DNA from: an uncultured virus (IMG/VR IMGVR_UViG_3300003629_000002)
Taxonomy: Duplodnaviria > Heunggongvirae > Uroviricota > Caudoviricetes
Virus record (IMG/VR): IMGVR_UViG_3300003629_000002
Direction: 5' to 3' (one strand)
DNA length: 64,000 nt
The first letter of the stretch is position 1; the number at the start of each line of letters is the position of its first letter. Position numbers and translations under genes: made by a program. Of this stretch, positions 31,283 through 39,101 are shown piece by piece. Under the pieces are notes generated by a model. It was not told the DNA's origin. It saw only the letters and a program-made list of their open reading frames with translations, and did not search any database.

Positions 31283-31885
31283 ATGAGAAATGGATTTTTT
31301 GTTACTCTTGAAGGTGTTGACGGAGCAGGGACAACGACGGTTGCGGAGTCTCTCAAAGAAGAATATCCGAACGCTCAGATGACCAGCGAGCCATCTGATT
31401 TATGGACTGGCAAGCAGGTTCGGAAATGTCTTGCCGAAGACTCAGACACGCATCCGCTGACGGATTTCTACTTCTTTATGGGCGACCGTGTGCATCATAT
31501 CGAGAGTCGTGTCCGGCCTGCCGTGAAGAACGGCGATATGGTCATTAGTGACAGATACGCTGACTCAACTCGCGCATATCAGTCAATTGCACTACGCGCC
31601 GCCGGAATCCCGAAACCGCAGATTATGTCCTATATTGAAAATGTGATGGGTCCATTCGACTATGAGCCTGACCTGACGCTCTGGCTTGACGTTGATGTTG
31701 ACACCTCATTTAAGCGCGTGGACGGAGACGAGAAGTACGAGCAGGCGTCTGACTTCCAGAAGCGCGTACACGAGAATTATCAGGGTTTGTACGATGCTTA
31801 CGACCGTATTGTTCGAATCGACGCGAATCAGGGGAAGGAAGACGTAATCGCTGACTGTATCGAGGAAATCGAAACCTTTAAGTAG
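31283..31885 (+). CDS. tmk: Thymidylate kinase
   Basis: FVTLEGVDGAGTTT, EP, DR, ISDRYADSTRAYQ, PDL. Confidence 0.95.
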   Translation: MRNGFFVTLEGVDGAGTTTVAESLKEEYPNAQMTSEPSDLWTGKQVRKCLAEDSDTHPLTDFYFFMGDRVHHIESRVRPAVKNGDMVISDRYADSTRAYQSIALRAAGIPKPQIMSYIENVMGPFDYEPDLTLWLDVDVDTSFKRVDGDEKYEQASDFQKRVHENYQGLYDAYDRIVRIDANQGKEDVIADCIEEIETFK

Positions 31886-31943
31886 TAGTAGGTCTTACGT
31901 ATTGTTACGCGGTTGTGGTAAGCCCACGATGGCGTTTGAATCA

Positions 31944-32016
31944 GGGCGATTGGCCGAATGGATAAGGCGCTGGTTTGCGGAACCAGAGATTGCGGGTTCG
32001 ATTCCTGCATTGCCCA
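31944..32016 (+). tRNA. tRNA-Arg(GCG)
   Basis: Cloverleaf, anticodon arm CTGGT-TTGCGGA-ACCAG. Confidence 0.9.
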
Positions 32017-32722
32017 CTCCTCCTCTCTTTGGTTGAGGGGATAACGCCGCCGAGTGGCGTGAATGCAAGTTCTCGGTAAATTGCGCGTCCATTTGCAAGA
32101 ATGGGCGGAAAGTAAGTTAAGGCTCGGTTTACATCGAGAGATGGTGTAGTCTTCGCTAACCACGAGGGCGGTATTAGCCAAGTACCGTATCGCAGACGGC
32201 TGGTGTCTGGCACAAAGACTTGGGACCTACAATGATACAGAAGGGAGATAAATCAGAAATGGCTGTCGCAAATGCGTTTACCCAATTTGGGACCGCAGTT
32301 TCGAAGCCGCTATCTGACAACCTCCCGTATGACTTCATTGTAGATTATAATGGCCTTCACAGAGTTCAGGTCAAAACTGCGCGGGAGCGTAGTGATAATA
32401 AGAACTCTATTATCGCAGACCTCACACGAAGCAGGCATAACTACTCTACTGGTCACAGTAAAGAGTATTATAGTGATGATGAGATTGACTTCTTCGCTAT
32501 TTATTGGCCGAAACGTGGGGAGGTATACTTGTTCGACTTTGACGAAGTTGGCAAGAACGCTGTAACTATTTGCGTAGGCGATGTTTATAACCCCAACCAG
32601 CAACGTGTTGGCGAGGATTATCTCCTTGAAGTACGGTTGGATTCATTAACACAGTCGTAAAAGGTCCGTCCCAACACTACGGGCGTAGTTTGACAGACTA
32701 CTGGTGGGCTGGTCTTCCACAC
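32017..32722 (+). ncRNA. Unknown multi-hairpin RNA (about 250 nt without insert) interrupted by an endonuclease-bearing putative intron
   Basis: Consecutive hairpins flank the ORF; pairing across it (GGACCT/AGGTCC, TGGTG/CACTA). Confidence 0.55.
32232..32660 (+). mobile_element. PD-(D/E)XK endonuclease (I-Ssp6803I / PDDEXK_5-like)
   Basis: KGDKSE, P....PYDFIVD, RVQVKT, Y...EIDFFAIY. Confidence 0.9.
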
Positions 32723-32781
32723 ATTCGTTTTCTAAATCGAAAGGTTTAAATAGTAGGGGCGCATTAGTAAGAGTACGAAGT

Positions 32782-32852
32782 GCCGAAGTGGTCTAAAAGT
32801 AAGATGCGTGCCTGTCACGCACGAGACTCGGGAGCATTACCCGGCTTCGGCG
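32782..32852 (+). tRNA. tRNA-Asp(GTC), atypical T loop
   Basis: CGTGC-CTGTCAC-GCACG; T loop AGCATTA. Confidence 0.8.
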
Positions 32853-32991
32853 TGGGCAATCTGACTTGCCCTTGACTGACGTGAGCCACACGGCAGGATT
32901 GACCAACCCTCGTTATAGGGAATCGTGGTGCATCGTCAGCGTACTGTGACGCCTCACGGTACGGGGGAGTATTCCCCTTTAATGACAGCGT

Positions 32992-33067
32992 GCTGGAGGA
33001 GCGCCCGATGGCGAGGTGTGCTTGGTTTTCACCCAAGAGGTCGTGGGTTCGATTCCCATCTCCAGTA
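32992..33067 (+). tRNA. tRNA-Glu(TTC)
   Basis: CTTGG-TTTTCAC-CCAAG; G at position 8. Confidence 0.85.
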
Positions 33068-33069
33068 TA

Positions 33070-33468
33070 ATGACGACAGAAACTAATAGAAAGGGTGACG
33101 TAGGAGAACTTCAAGTCGCTTCTACATTACTTGAGTTAGGTTACGTCGCATCCCGTCCAATGACGGAAACTGACTATGACCTAATTGTGGACCTCGGTGA
33201 TGACGGCATCAAACGGGTTCAAGTAAAAGTCTGTCGTTGGTCAGAAGATGACAACACGTATCGTGTAGGATTTGAGAAAACACACTACACATCAGACGGA
33301 GCCAACCGAAAACTATATCAAGATACAGATATAGACGCATACGCGGTATACAACCCTGATAGAAGTGAGGTATACTGGCTATGGTTTGGCGAAGCACCTA
33401 AATGGGGTGCTTCAAGAAGTGCTGATACGTGGCAAAAGGACTTGATTACAGAGAAGTTGGGTCGATAG
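33070..33468 (+). mobile_element. Free-standing PD-(D/E)XK endonuclease between tRNA genes
   Basis: KGDVGE, YDLIVD, RVQVK, Y...DIDAYAVY; stop codon lies inside tRNA-Phe. Confidence 0.9.
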
Positions 33469-33532
33469 GATAACTTGGGAATCCACCTGTTTGAAGAACA
33501 GGCGCATCTCGGTTCAAATCCGGGTCGGCCCA
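33459..33532 (+). tRNA. tRNA-Phe(GAA)
   Basis: CCTGT-TTGAAGA-ACAGG. Confidence 0.85.
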
Positions 33533-33535
33533 TAG

Positions 33536-33611
33536 GCTGATGGAGTTTCCGCTGGCGAGAAACGCTCGCTTCTCAGGCGAGAGGTCGTGGGTTCGATTCC
33601 TACCATCAGCA
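33536..33611 (+). tRNA. tRNA-Glu(CTC)
   Basis: CTCGC-TTCTCAG-GCGAG; G at position 8. Confidence 0.85.
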
Positions 33612-33615
33612 TACT

Positions 33616-33687
33616 GGCTTGGTAGTGTAACTGGGAACACACGGGTCTGAAAAGCCTGAGTACGCAGTTCAAGTCTGCGCCAAGCCA
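33616..33687 (+). tRNA. tRNA-Phe(GAA), second copy
   Basis: CGGGT-CTGAAAA-GCCTG. Confidence 0.8.
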
Positions 33688-33893
33688 TAGATGGCAAAAT
33701 TTCCCGAGGAAATGTCGTTTGTCCTCGTTGAAGACGCATTTCAGCATTACGACATTGCGCTGTTCGAACTTGTCGAAACAGTATATGTCTACTGCGAATG
33801 GTGCGATGCTGTAATCGCAACCTTTACATACGAGGAGGTTGTTGGTATGAATCGGGATGAACTATACGTAGCCATCATCGAGAAACACAGCGT

Positions 33894-33967
33894 GTCCGAG
33901 TTGGTCTAATGGCTCAAGACACTACCTTGTGGCGGTAGAGATGTGGGTTCGATACCCTCACCCGGAC
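33894..33967 (+). tRNA. tRNA-His(GTG)
   Basis: CTACC-TTGTGGC-GGTAG; G-1:C73; single mismatches in acceptor and T stems. Confidence 0.8.
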
Positions 33968-34083
33968 CTTATGGGCTTGTGTTGCAATATGCACCGAAGA
34001 ACAACTCCGTCAGGTGTATGTGGCACTATGAATGAGTGTATGGTTTTTGGAGTTTCCCATACACGACTAACAGGCTCGACAGC

Positions 34084-34154
34084 GCGTGGTTGGTCCAATG
34101 GAAAGACCCGTCCCTGCCACGGACGAGACTCGGGTTCGATTCCCGAACCGCGCA
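34084..34154 (+). tRNA. tRNA-Gly(GCC)
   Basis: CGTCC-CTGCCAC-GGACG. Confidence 0.9.
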
Positions 34155-34244
34155 TTGCGGGATGATGAACACCTCGACGAAATCGAGGATGGTGCAGGCT
34201 GTGCAGAGATTTGGGAACACCTTTCAGAAAAACGAGAGGAGTAA
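34155..34244 (+). CDS. 29-aa haloarchaeal-type microprotein (HLDEIEDGAGCAEIWEHLSE)
   Basis: TTG start directly after tRNA-Gly; motif resembles a small haloarchaeal protein family (from memory). Confidence 0.55.
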   Translation: MRDDEHLDEIEDGAGCAEIWEHLSEKREE

Positions 34245-34258
34245 GGTTCCTCCAAAGC

Positions 34259-34329
34259 GCGTGAGTGAGGTAGTGGTATCCCACGAGATTTCCAATCTCG
34301 TGACAGGGGTTCGATTCCCCTCTCGCGCA
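34259..34329 (+). tRNA. tRNA-Gly(TCC)
   Basis: CGAGA-TTTCCAA-TCTCG. Confidence 0.9.
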
Positions 34330-34340
34330 TATATTTAGAT

Positions 34341-35144
34341 ATGGCACGCCTGAAATCATTCCCGTACTTTGGCGGGAAATATACACACGCTTCTTCGATA
34401 GAGAAACTTCTTCCGTATGATGAAAAATATGTAGAGCCGTTTGGCGGTTCTGCTGATGTGCTACTGCAACGAGAACCGTCGCCGGTAGAGACGTACAACG
34501 ATTTGGACGAGGACGTTGTAACATTCTTCAAAGTGCTACGCTCGTGCCCGAACGAGTTAATACGGCAATTAAAATTGACGCCATATTCTCGGACAGAGTT
34601 CGAGCGTGCTATTTCTGAACCGACTCCCGCCTCGGAGATAGAGCAAGCGCGACAATTCTTTATTTCAATTACGCAGTCGTATAATGCGAAGTCGTCAGAG
34701 AAGTCGTCCGGCGATTGGTCGTATGCGATTTCGACAACTGCACGCGGGCGCTCAAGCGAGATTTCTTCATTGCAGGGATACGAGATTGTATTGTCAGATG
34801 TTGCCGAACGCTTTAAGAGGGTTCAGATAGAATGCCGTGACGCGATTGACGTGATAGAGACACACGATTCGAGCGATACAGTTATCTATTGCGACCCGCC
34901 GTATCCAGCAGGAACGAGGCGTAGTGGCTCGTACAAGCACGAGTACGACGAGTCAGACCACATTGAACTGCTGGAAGTATTGAACAATTGCGATGGGCAG
35001 GTTGCAATCTCCTCCTATGCGAGCGACCTCTACAACGATGCACTTGATTCGTGGAACGTGTATACACTCCGTGCAAAGCCACTCCCGTCATCCGAGAAGC
35101 AGACATTGGACGAGGAAGTCGTGTATACAAATTATAACACGTAG
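34341..35144 (+). CDS. DNA adenine methyltransferase (Dam/D12 class)
   Basis: FPYFGGK, YVEPFGGS, YNDLD, YCDPPY. Confidence 0.93.
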   Translation: MARLKSFPYFGGKYTHASSIEKLLPYDEKYVEPFGGSADVLLQREPSPVETYNDLDEDVVTFFKVLRSCPNELIRQLKLTPYSRTEFERAISEPTPASEIEQARQFFISITQSYNAKSSEKSSGDWSYAISTTARGRSSEISSLQGYEIVLSDVAERFKRVQIECRDAIDVIETHDSSDTVIYCDPPYPAGTRRSGSYKHEYDESDHIELLEVLNNCDGQVAISSYASDLYNDALDSWNVYTLRAKPLPSSEKQTLDEEVVYTNYNT

Positions 35145-35253
35145 AAATCGAAAGATTTAAGTAGGGGGAGTTCCTATAGGTAATACGGTCGAAGAAGACC
35201 AAAGTATTCCGCCGTGCGCGATTTCAAAAAGGGGATTCTTTTCCCTTTATCGT

Positions 35254-35737
35254 GTCGTGGTAGTTCAATTAGTAGAACGCCGTGCTGTTAAGGACATATG
35301 AACACAAAAGACAAAGGTGATTTGGCTGAAGTATCCGTTGTAAAACGGGTAAAGGAGTTAGGTTATACGGTATCAATTCCATTCGGTGATAATGCACCAT
35401 ATGACCTGATATACGATGATGGCCAATTACACAAAGTCCAAGTGAAATATGGTAGACTATCTGAAGGAAAAGTTAAAGCAAAACTTGAGCGGACACAAAG
35501 AAATCAAGGAAGACACGCTCATAAACCGTATGATTCGTCTGAAGTTGACGAATTTGCAATTTATTGTCCGGGGACAGATGAAGTTTACCGTATATCAGTA
35601 ACAGATGGCCAAAGACGGAAGTCTATCTTCGTGTTGAGGAAGCGAAGAAGGCTGATTCAAGTATACGTTGGGCATCTGAATATCGTTTATAGTCCGCAGA
35701 TACACGGAGGTTGGAGGTGCAAGTCCTTCCCGCGACG
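35254..35737 (+). tRNA. tRNA-Asn(GTT) with a 411-nt BHB intron (35291-35701) at position 37/38
   Basis: Exons 35254-35290 and 35702-35737 join into a cloverleaf; strict BHB motif. Confidence 0.92.
35298..35692 (+). pseudogene. Intron-encoded PD-(D/E)XK endonuclease with an apparent -1 frameshift near 35608
   Basis: KGDLAE, PFGDNAPYDLI, KVQVK, VDEFAIYCP; the -1 frame continues PKTEVYLRVEEAKKADSSIRWASEYRL* and stops at the intron stem. Confidence 0.85.
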
Positions 35738-35800
35738 TTCTTTTGCACAATTTTCTTTATCGAAAGATTTATATAGTATAAACACATACACTAATATACG

Positions 35801-35875
35801 CTCAGGATAGCGCAATTTGGTTGACGCACTCGCCTGTAGAGCGAGGCTATGCAAGTTCAAATCTTGCTCCTGAGA
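35801..35875 (+). tRNA. tRNA-Tyr(GTA)
   Basis: CTCGC-CTGTAGA-GCGAG; archaeal C1:G72. Confidence 0.9.
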
Positions 35876-35975
35876 TATTCGCTCGGGACAGGCGCGAGAT
35901 TAAATAATTGCCCCAAAGCAGTTACCCTTACGAGAGTTCAACCCTTCCTGTAGGAAGTTCCGTTGCTCTCCCAAT

Positions 35976-36051
35976 GGGCTGATGGCGAAACTTGGCTTAA
36001 CGCACCGCGCTCTTGACGCGACATATACGGGTTCAAATCCTGTTCAGCCCA
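35976..36051 (+). tRNA. tRNA-Lys(CTT), G37
   Basis: CCGCG-CTCTTGA-CGCGA. Confidence 0.75.
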
Positions 36052-36053
36052 CT

Positions 36054-36140
36054 ACCGAGATTGAGGAGGCTGGCTATCCTCGGTAGGCTCATGACCTACT
36101 TGTGCCACGCACTAAGAGGGTTCGAATCCCTCTCTCGGAA
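36054..36140 (+). tRNA. tRNA with CAT anticodon and long variable arm (identity uncertain)
   Basis: GTAGG-CTCATGA-CCTAC, variable stem GTGC/GCAC, A1:A72 mismatch. Confidence 0.7.
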
Positions 36141-36180
36141 TTTTCGAAAGACTTAAGTTGCTTGAGTGACTACTCTCTAT

Positions 36181-37041
36181 ATGGGATTCTTTGAAGCACT
36201 CGCTCGATTTTTCCGAAGACTATTCGGCAATTCAGGGCAAGATTCGACAGAGGAACAGGACTCCACAGAGGAGCAAGATTCTGAGGATGAGCAAAATTCT
36301 ACTGAGGATGAGCAAGATTCGACAGAGGAACAGGACTCCACAGAGGAGCAAGATTCTGAGGATGAGCAAGAATTGCCTGATGAGCCGCAGGAAGCGGCCT
36401 CGACCGAGTACGATGATAGGACAATTCAGATTACTATTCATCAGACCAAGAAACTAACCGAAAGAAATGGCCGCGTTCCTGAACGTATGGCTGTTCGATA
36501 CTTGGAGAATGCGTTGAGCGCGGCGGCGAAGAATTATCGCATTCGATATAACTTTAAGGCATTCGACGCGAGTACGGAGAAGGCGGTCTGTGCAGATGAT
36601 TCCGTGTATCAGGAGTGGCGAACTGCCATCAATGATAACAATGTTGAGAATGCAACAGACTCGAATATTCTGCTTACTGATGCACGCGGTGGCGGCTGTG
36701 GTTCAATTGGTGGACGAGTTGCGTCAGCGCCGGGACATTATATAGAGCAGATGCGCGAATATTCCGAGACAGAGACAGGAGACGATGCGTCAAATCTTCA
36801 CGCCATTCTCCACGAGTTTACACACAATATGGGAATTGGGCACGACTCCGACAAGCAACAGGAAGGTCAGCAACACGGCGGGATGGGTTGGAACGAGAAT
36901 GGCTACTGGCATCGCACGCCAAACGTTGCCGGAAATGGAGCGCCGAATCGCTGTGGAGAGGATGTCGAAGAACGAGAACACGATTCCGTGATGCATCATC
37001 AATACTTCTGGCATTGCACAATCGACAACTTTAACAAATGA
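36181..37041 (+). CDS. Zincin-like metallopeptidase with N-terminal amphipathic helix and acidic repeats
   Basis: HEFTHNMGIGH (HExxHxxGxxH). Confidence 0.75.
   Translation: MGFFEALARFFRRLFGNSGQDSTEEQDSTEEQDSEDEQNSTEDEQDSTEEQDSTEEQDSEDEQELPDEPQEAASTEYDDRTIQITIHQTKKLTERNGRVPERMAVRYLENALSAAAKNYRIRYNFKAFDASTEKAVCADDSVYQEWRTAINDNNVENATDSNILLTDARGGGCGSIGGRVASAPGHYIEQMREYSETETGDDASNLHAILHEFTHNMGIGHDSDKQQEGQQHGGMGWNENGYWHRTPNVAGNGAPNRCGEDVEEREHDSVMHHQYFWHCTIDNFNK
36238..36369 (+). repeat. Two identical 57-nt direct repeats (75-nt period) encoding QDSTEE-type units
   Basis: 36238-36294 equals 36313-36369. Confidence 0.9.
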
Positions 37042-37391
37042 ATCACGACTGGACCTACATCGCAGAACTTGAGAATATCGTAGATGGAGACACGTTAGAC
37101 TTCACGGTAGACCTCGGCTTCGGTACATACAAGAAAATCCGTGTTCGGCTATACGGCGTTGATACGAATGAAACATATGGAGTAAAGAAGGAATCAGAAG
37201 AATATGCTCTTGGCAAAGCACAAGCAAAATTTGTGCAAGAATGGTTCGAAAGTCGAGATAATATCACGATAGAAACAATCAAAGACTCTAAAGGAAAATA
37301 CGGTCGGTATCTCGCACGAGTCCACGGCGATGGTGATAATTTACGTGACGACCTGATTGAAGAATGGCCGCACGTTGAAGCATCGTACTAA
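37038..37391 (+). CDS. Thermonuclease (SNase-like) family protein
   Basis: IVDGDT..VDLGF, RVRLYGVDT.E, GKYGRYLA. Confidence 0.9.
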   Translation: MNHDWTYIAELENIVDGDTLDFTVDLGFGTYKKIRVRLYGVDTNETYGVKKESEEYALGKAQAKFVQEWFESRDNITIETIKDSKGKYGRYLARVHGDGDNLRDDLIEEWPHVEASY

Positions 37392-37440
37392 ATCGAAACC
37401 TTTAAGTAGTAGCAGTTCATAGATACGTATACGCGAATTT

Positions 37441-37513
37441 GGGCCGCTGGTCTAACTGGTAAGACACTTGCTTTGCAAGCAAGTAACTCCCGATTCGAGT
37501 TCGGGGCGGTCCA
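37441..37513 (+). tRNA. tRNA-Ala(TGC)
   Basis: CTTGC-TTTGCAA-GCAAG; G3:U70. Confidence 0.92.
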
Positions 37514-37624
37514 CTAAGGAAGATGAAGTCCAAAACTACAACAACAGGCACGCGCCGTTAAGTAGTTACAACTTCATCGTTCCCGCATTCCTCGATGCTC
37601 ATTCAAAAATGTGGAGATAATACT

Positions 37625-37729
37625 ATGTCAAATGAAACAGCCTGTATCAATGAATTTGCGCTTGACGAAGATGATGTATGCGTTGCGTGCGGTCGTACAA
37701 TCGAGGAAATAATTAACGCAGGCTCGTAG
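37625..37729 (+). CDS. 34-aa DUF1289-like microprotein
   Basis: CINEFALDEDDVCVACGRTIEEI. Confidence 0.55.
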   Translation: MSNETACINEFALDEDDVCVACGRTIEEIINAGS

Positions 37730-37730
37730 T

Positions 37731-37806
37731 TCCGGCTTGGCCGCAATGGTGTGGCGCTCGCCTTGTAAGCGAGAGATTCAGCAGGGTTCGATTCCCTGAG
37801 CCGGAT
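37731..37806 (+). tRNA. tRNA-Thr(TGT)
   Basis: CTCGC-CTTGTAA-GCGAG. Confidence 0.88.
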
Positions 37807-37808
37807 TA

Positions 37809-37879
37809 TCCGCGTTGGTCCAACAGCAAGACACTTCCCTCGTAAGGAAGCAATCCGTGTGCAAATCGCGGGCGTGGAT
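37809..37879 (+). tRNA. tRNA-Thr(CGT)
   Basis: CTTCC-CTCGTAA-GGAAG. Confidence 0.85.
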
Positions 37880-37882
37880 TTA

Positions 37883-37953
37883 TCCAGTATGGTCTAATGG
37901 AAGGGCACGGCTTTGGTATGGCTGATGTGAGGGTTCGACTCCCTCTGCTGGAT
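37883..37953 (+). tRNA. tRNA-Thr(GGT)
   Basis: CGGCT-TTGGTAT-GGCTG. Confidence 0.85.
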
Positions 37954-38077
37954 TATGTGGATGCTCGAAACAGAATCACGAATCTGCACAATCTGTGATA
38001 ACGAGTTTTACAATCTTGATGCAGGCTTCGATATTAGGTTGGTCTGCTACGATTGCTATCCACTTGGTGAACTCTGA

Positions 38078-38152
38078 AGGCCGATAGCCAAACTCGCGTA
38101 AGGCACGGGACTTTTAATCCCGCGATTGTGGGTTCGAATCCCACTCGGCCTA
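38078..38152 (+). tRNA. tRNA-Lys(TTT)
   Basis: CGGGA-CTTTTAA-TCCCG. Confidence 0.9.
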
Positions 38153-38758
38153 TCGAAACTTTTAAGGCTACTCGATTCGTAATAGTTGTATGTACGACTT
38201 TACAGAACCGGACCCGAAATTTGGTGATAGAGGATACGTTGTACGATACAACGATGCGACGAAAGGATATGTCTTGAATGAGGAAACTCGTAATGAGCGT
38301 GTCTTTGTCTGGCGACAGGACCCGTTCTATCTCTTTAATGGATTCTCAATGTCGGAGACTCTGAAAGAGAAGATTAGTGATACTGAAAAGATTTATGTCC
38401 TCTCCGCTGAAGAAGATGAAATGTTTCGATTTGACACAGAATCTCTTGACGGCGCACTCGTTGTTGAACCTACGGACGATGCATTCAATAATTACAAGCC
38501 GCAGGAGACGCAGTACGTCCTCAAATTTGACAACGCTGAAGCGACCTTCGACTTACCGGATGATATAGAGTGGCTGTAAATCGAAAGATTTAAATAGTAG
38601 GACCCCGTACAAGATAATAGAGAAAATGATTCCACGATGCTCATCTCAGAGTCAGCAAATTTCGTGGAGTCAAATCTCCATATTTTAGACTCGGGGTGCT
38701 TGGAGAGGTACTACCGGGTCGCAAGACTTAAATACAAGTAGTCCTAAGACTACAATGC

Positions 38759-38832
38759 ACTCCCGTATGGTAGCGGCCAATCCTACCGGGCTTTGGACCC
38801 GGTGACGTTCGGTTCGAATCCGACCGGGAGTA
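38759..38832 (+). tRNA. tRNA-Gln(TTG)
   Basis: CCGGG-CTTTGGA-CCCGG; A1:U72. Confidence 0.9.
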
Positions 38833-38836
38833 TAGA

Positions 38837-38921
38837 GCCGTTGGGTGAGCGATTTGGTGCGCTCAGTCGATTCGAAATCGACCTCCGTAAAGGAATGCAG
38901 GTTCAAATCCTGTCCACGGCG
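38837..38921 (+). tRNA. tRNA-Ser(CGA)
   Basis: GTCGA-TTCGAAA-TCGAC, long variable arm, G73. Confidence 0.85.
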
Positions 38922-38935
38922 TAACAGGAATTAGG

Positions 38936-39006
38936 GAGGTCTTGGTGGAATAGCAACATACTCGCCTCCAGAGCGAGTGATGGGAGTGCAAATCTCTCAG
39001 ACCTCA
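38936..39006 (+). tRNA. tRNA-Trp(CCA)
   Basis: CTCGC-CTCCAGA-GCGAG; no intron. Confidence 0.85.
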
Positions 39007-39011
39007 TTTGG

Positions 39012-39097
39012 GCCGTGGTTGGGTCAGGCAAACCTATCTTGATTGCTAATCAAGAGGTCGCGGAAGCGGCCAGAAGGTTCGAATCCTTCCCTCGGCG
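39012..39097 (+). tRNA. tRNA-Ser(GCT)
   Basis: TTTGA-TTGCTAA-TCAAG, long variable arm. Confidence 0.85.
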
Positions 39098-39101
39098 TTG
39101 A

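Noticed and set aside
32100..32705. RNase P RNA or group I intron core
   Set aside because: GGAAAGT is not followed by a valid P4/CR-V; TAGTC precedes GACTA, the wrong order for P7; no flanking exons
33929..34531. ORFs on both strands over the tRNA cluster (also 32815, 33446, 38685, 41385, 43943)
   Set aside because: Shadow ORFs of tRNA genes
35693..35810. C-terminal extension of ORF 35298-35810 as listed in the track
   Set aside because: It runs through tRNA exons; an artefact of the frameshift
36238..36369. CRISPR-like array
   Set aside because: In-frame coding repeats with no unique spacers
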